A stretch of 45,044 bases of DNA from an uncultured Gammaproteobacteria bacterium (lineage in GTDB: Bacteria > Patescibacteriota > Patescibacteriia > Patescibacteriales > CAZTIC01), in assembly GCA_964613625.1 (NCBI GenBank), contig CAZTIC010000002.1, forward strand, positions 1-45,044, in the 5' to 3' direction. The position numbers and the translations under genes were made by a program. Position 1 is the stretch's first letter, and the number at the start of each line of letters is the position of its first letter. Below, one piece after another: positions 42,485 to 45,044 of this stretch. The notes beneath the pieces were generated by a model, which ran no database searches, was not told where the DNA came from, and saw only the letters and a list, made by a program, of their open reading frames with translations.

Positions 42485-44391
42485 AATTTATACTCAAAAA
42501 AAAGATATTAATACCTTTAATTATTGTGTTGATTATTATTTTAATAATTGTTTTTAATATGAACAAAGGAGAAGATATCGAATATGTGACAGCTAATGCT
42601 GAAATGGGAGACTTGATCCAAACTGTTAGTGAAACAGGCACAGTTAAGGCTAGTAAAGAAATTGAATTAAATTTTTCACAAACTGGCAAGATTAACAAAA
42701 TAAATATAAATACTGGAGATCAGGTAAAAGAAGGACAAGTTTTAGCTGAGCTTGATTATGAATCTTTGAGTATTAGAAAGCAAGAAGCTGAAGCAAGTCT
42801 CGAGATTGCAAGATCAAATTTAACAAAATTACTTCAAGGAGCGACTAGATCAGAGATTGCGGTTAGCGAAGCTAATGTAAAAAAGTTTGAGGTTGCATAT
42901 AATTCTGCCGTAGAAGAGCTAGGTAAATCTCAAAAAATTGTAGCGGAAAATATTTCTCAATCTCAGAAAACTCTAGATGACTTGATTTCAGATGGAGAGG
43001 GAAATATAACTCCTTATGAGCAGGCTGTAATTACTGCTCGAGTTAATTTGGATAATGCTAAGTCAACTTATCAAAAATCAATTGATAATTATGAAGATAG
43101 TTTGATCGCAGTCGTAGAAAGTAAGTTGTCAGTAACTAATTCCGCACTAGATAGTATTAATACTATCATTACTGATGATACAGCCGAAAATTACTTGAGT
43201 GTGAAACATGTTGCCTATAAGAATGATATGGAATATGCCTATAAGCAAGCTCAGGGGTTTTATAATATAGCTAGAAATAACTTAGCAATTACTAGGAATA
43301 GTGCGACAGAAAGCAATATAAAAAATATGATTGAGAGTGCCTTGGAATGTATTAATGAAACATTAGAAAGTCTTAATTATGGCTACAATGCTCTTGAAAA
43401 TAGTGTTACATCAACTGAGTTTACTCAGACATCTCTAGATGCTTACAAAACAACCATAAATACACAAACAATAAATGTAAACACTGCCGTTTCATCAATT
43501 CAAACGGCTGACCAAAATTTATCAAATGCTAGGTTGTCGTATGACACAAATATTTATAGTAAAGAAGATAGTTTAAACAAAGCCAAAGTAGATTTAGATA
43601 ATGCTATTATTACAGCTCGTAATGCATTGGCGTCTGCTGAAGTGAGTGGAGATCAGCAGGTTACTAGTGCTGAGTCACAAGTAAGTGCCACCAAGGAGGG
43701 ATGGGACGTATCTATCACTCAGTTAATTGAAATAAAATCACCACCAAGAAGTGAAGATATATCTTTTTATAGAGCGCAGGTGAGGCAAGCTGAAGCTTCT
43801 TTTAATTTAATATTGAAACAAATAGACGATAGTGTAATAAGGGCTTCAATAGATGGAACGGTAACTGATATAGAGTATGAAATTGGTGAGCAAGTAAATA
43901 ATTCTAAGCCAGCTATTAGGATGTTGGGAGAAAATAATTTTGAAATAGAGGTTGATATTTCCGAGGCAGATATTGCCAAAATTAATATTGATAATCCAGT
44001 CGAAATTACTCTTGATGCTTTCGGAGATGATGTTGAATTTTTCGGAAAAGTTTATTTTATAGAACCAGCCGAAACTGTAATACAAGAGGTAATATATTAT
44101 AAATTAAAAATTATTTTTAATGAAAAAGAAAATAATTTAACAAATATAAAATCAGGCATGACAGCTAACGTGATAATAATTACCAATGAAAAAAAGAACG
44201 TTTTACTCATTCCTGGACGTGCAATTATTGAAAAAAATGGTAGCGGTAAATTTGTTAGAATACTTAAAGATAATATTTTGGAAGAAATATCTGTTAAGAT
44301 TGGTATTAAGGGAGACGAGGGTCAAACTGAAGTGTTAGGTGGTATTAAAGAGGGGGATGAAGTGGTTACTTACATTAGAGAGTCAAAATAG
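42481..44391 (+). CDS. HlyD/MacA-family periplasmic adaptor (membrane fusion protein) with greatly extended helical region
   Basis: N-terminal TM. The lipoyl-type halves GTVKASKEIELNFSQTGKINKINI.TGDQVKEGQVLAELD (to aa ~92) and IRASIDGTVTDIEYEIGEQV (aa ~453) are separated by about 360 helical-looking residues. C-terminal beta-barrel/MP region. Confidence 0.75.
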   Translation: MKFILKKKILIPLIIVLIIILIIVFNMNKGEDIEYVTANAEMGDLIQTVSETGTVKASKEIELNFSQTGKINKININTGDQVKEGQVLAELDYESLSIRKQEAEASLEIARSNLTKLLQGATRSEIAVSEANVKKFEVAYNSAVEELGKSQKIVAENISQSQKTLDDLISDGEGNITPYEQAVITARVNLDNAKSTYQKSIDNYEDSLIAVVESKLSVTNSALDSINTIITDDTAENYLSVKHVAYKNDMEYAYKQAQGFYNIARNNLAITRNSATESNIKNMIESALECINETLESLNYGYNALENSVTSTEFTQTSLDAYKTTINTQTINVNTAVSSIQTADQNLSNARLSYDTNIYSKEDSLNKAKVDLDNAIITARNALASAEVSGDQQVTSAESQVSATKEGWDVSITQLIEIKSPPRSEDISFYRAQVRQAEASFNLILKQIDDSVIRASIDGTVTDIEYEIGEQVNNSKPAIRMLGENNFEIEVDISEADIAKINIDNPVEITLDAFGDDVEFFGKVYFIEPAETVIQEVIYYKLKIIFNEKENNLTNIKSGMTANVIIITNEKKNVLLIPGRAIIEKNGSGKFVRILKDNILEEISVKIGIKGDEGQTEVLGGIKEGDEVVTYIRESK

Positions 44392-44398
44392 ATTAATG

Positions 44399-44430
44399 AA
44401 ATCCTGCCCCGAGTACTTGGGATAGGATTT
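44399..44430 (+). other. Intra-operon hairpin between adaptor and ABC ATPase genes
   Basis: AAATCCT-GCCCCGAGTACTTGGGAT-AGGATTT. Shares the CCGAGTACT(C/T)GG core with the hairpins at 8961 and 35176. Confidence 0.5.
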
Positions 44431-44436
44431 ATTTGT

Positions 44437-45044
44437 ATGTTAGTTAGTATTAAAAATTTAAAAAAAGAATTTCAAAGTGAAGAGATAGTAACCAAGGTGC
44501 TACATGGTTTGTCTTTTAATATTGACCATGGTGAATTTGTGGCCATAATGGGTCCATCCGGTTCAGGTAAATCAACTCTTATGCATATACTTGGTTTACT
44601 TGATAGATTGACGACGGGTGAATTCCATCTTGATGGAAAAGATGTGACCAAATTGGATGATGATGAGTTGGCTAGACTTCGAAATGAAAAAATTGGTTTT
44701 GTTTTTCAGGCTTTTAATTTACTCAAAAGAACGAATGTATTGGATAATGTTAAATTACCTTTAACTTATTCTAAAGATAAAACAAATATAGAAGATAGAG
44801 CCAAGAAAGTACTTGAAAGTGTGGAGCTTGGTCATAGATTGGATTATTTTACCAATCAAATATCTGGTGGAGAAAAACAAAGAGTAGCTATTGCTCGGGC
44901 CTTGGTGAATAAGCCTTCTATAATATTTGCTGATGAGCCAACTGGTAATCTGGATTCGCGTTCCGGAGTGCAGATTATGCAAATATTACAAAGATTAAAT
45001 AATGATGGTAATACTATCGTTATGGTAACACATGAAACATATAC
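44437..45044 (+). CDS. ABC transporter ATP-binding protein, MacB/LolD/FtsE type (3' end outside the window)
   Basis: Not in the ORF track because no stop is reached. My translation from ATG 44437 is [12 protein letters not shown]...[22 protein letters not shown]...[16 protein letters not shown]...[12 protein letters not shown]...TIVMVTHE. Confidence 0.85.
   Translation, partial: MLVSIKNLKKEFQSEEIVTKVLHGLSFNIDHGEFVAIMGPSGSGKSTLMHILGLLDRLTTGEFHLDGKDVTKLDDDELARLRNEKIGFVFQAFNLLKRTNVLDNVKLPLTYSKDKTNIEDRAKKVLESVELGHRLDYFTNQISGGEKQRVAIARALVNKPSIIFADEPTGNLDSRSGVQIMQILQRLNNDGNTIVMVTHETY

Noticed and set aside
1354-44982. Many 60-112-aa ORFs in the track lie antisense to or out of frame with the large genes, e.g. 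1354..1584, 2737..2949, 4074..4325, 5246..5440, 6264..6557, 10256..10501, 10885..11223, 11605..11868, 13568..13783, 14104..14322, 15137..15355, 17367..17663, 18247..18471, 18982..19173, 19923..20114, 21831..22040, 23344..23562, 23849..24127, 26370..26767, 26966..27292, 32939..33196, 35581..36129, 38382..38564, 40366..40593, 40669..40953, 42456..42698, 43767..44085, 44761..44982.
   Set aside because: Each is fully embedded in a longer ORF with clear family motifs. They have low-complexity S/F/I/L-rich translations typical of the antisense strand of AT-rich genes, and none carries a recognisable motif.

Overview
This is an AT-rich bacterial window that uses the standard genetic code: TGA, TAG and TAA each end recognisable full-length proteins. 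I found no rRNA, tRNA, CRISPR array, transposase or integrase. Very short spacers, ATGA start/stop overlaps, almost no Shine-Dalgarno motifs, and housekeeping genes (holB, frr, rseP, hpf) next to a large glycan locus suggest an uncultured small-genome lineage such as Patescibacteria/CPR. That placement is inference only. Positions ~240-30230 form one ~30-kb glycoconjugate biosynthesis super-cluster. It holds a WbaP-like initiating phosphoglycosyl transferase, about 14 glycosyltransferase genes (GT4, GT2, GT11, GT-C, DUF288-like; one split by a stop codon, one a remnant) and six SAM-methyltransferase domains. It also holds an AsnB-type amidotransferase, an SDR epimerase/dehydratase, gmd, an fcl/colC-like gene, a ColD-like 3-dehydratase (pointing to GDP-colitose) and a Wzm/Wzt exporter. 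The remainder (30.3-45 kb) holds housekeeping genes, a PEP-utilizer-domain protein, a membrane/SPFH trio, rfbC-like/HIT/rfbB, and a receiver-domain gene coupled to a giant MacA-like adaptor and a MacB-type ATPase that runs off the window. The most unusual signals are non-coding. (1) A GACTTTA heptamer array of 13 copies, with inverted partner motifs, brackets a four-helix-bundle (23S-IVS/Avd-family) gene just downstream of a leaderless, consensus-promoter HTH gene. (2) A GC-rich hairpin plus GGGGTGAGGT-tail repeat family occurs in inverted MITE-like pairs. (3) Several other palindromic and heptamer-periodic intergenic repeats are present.
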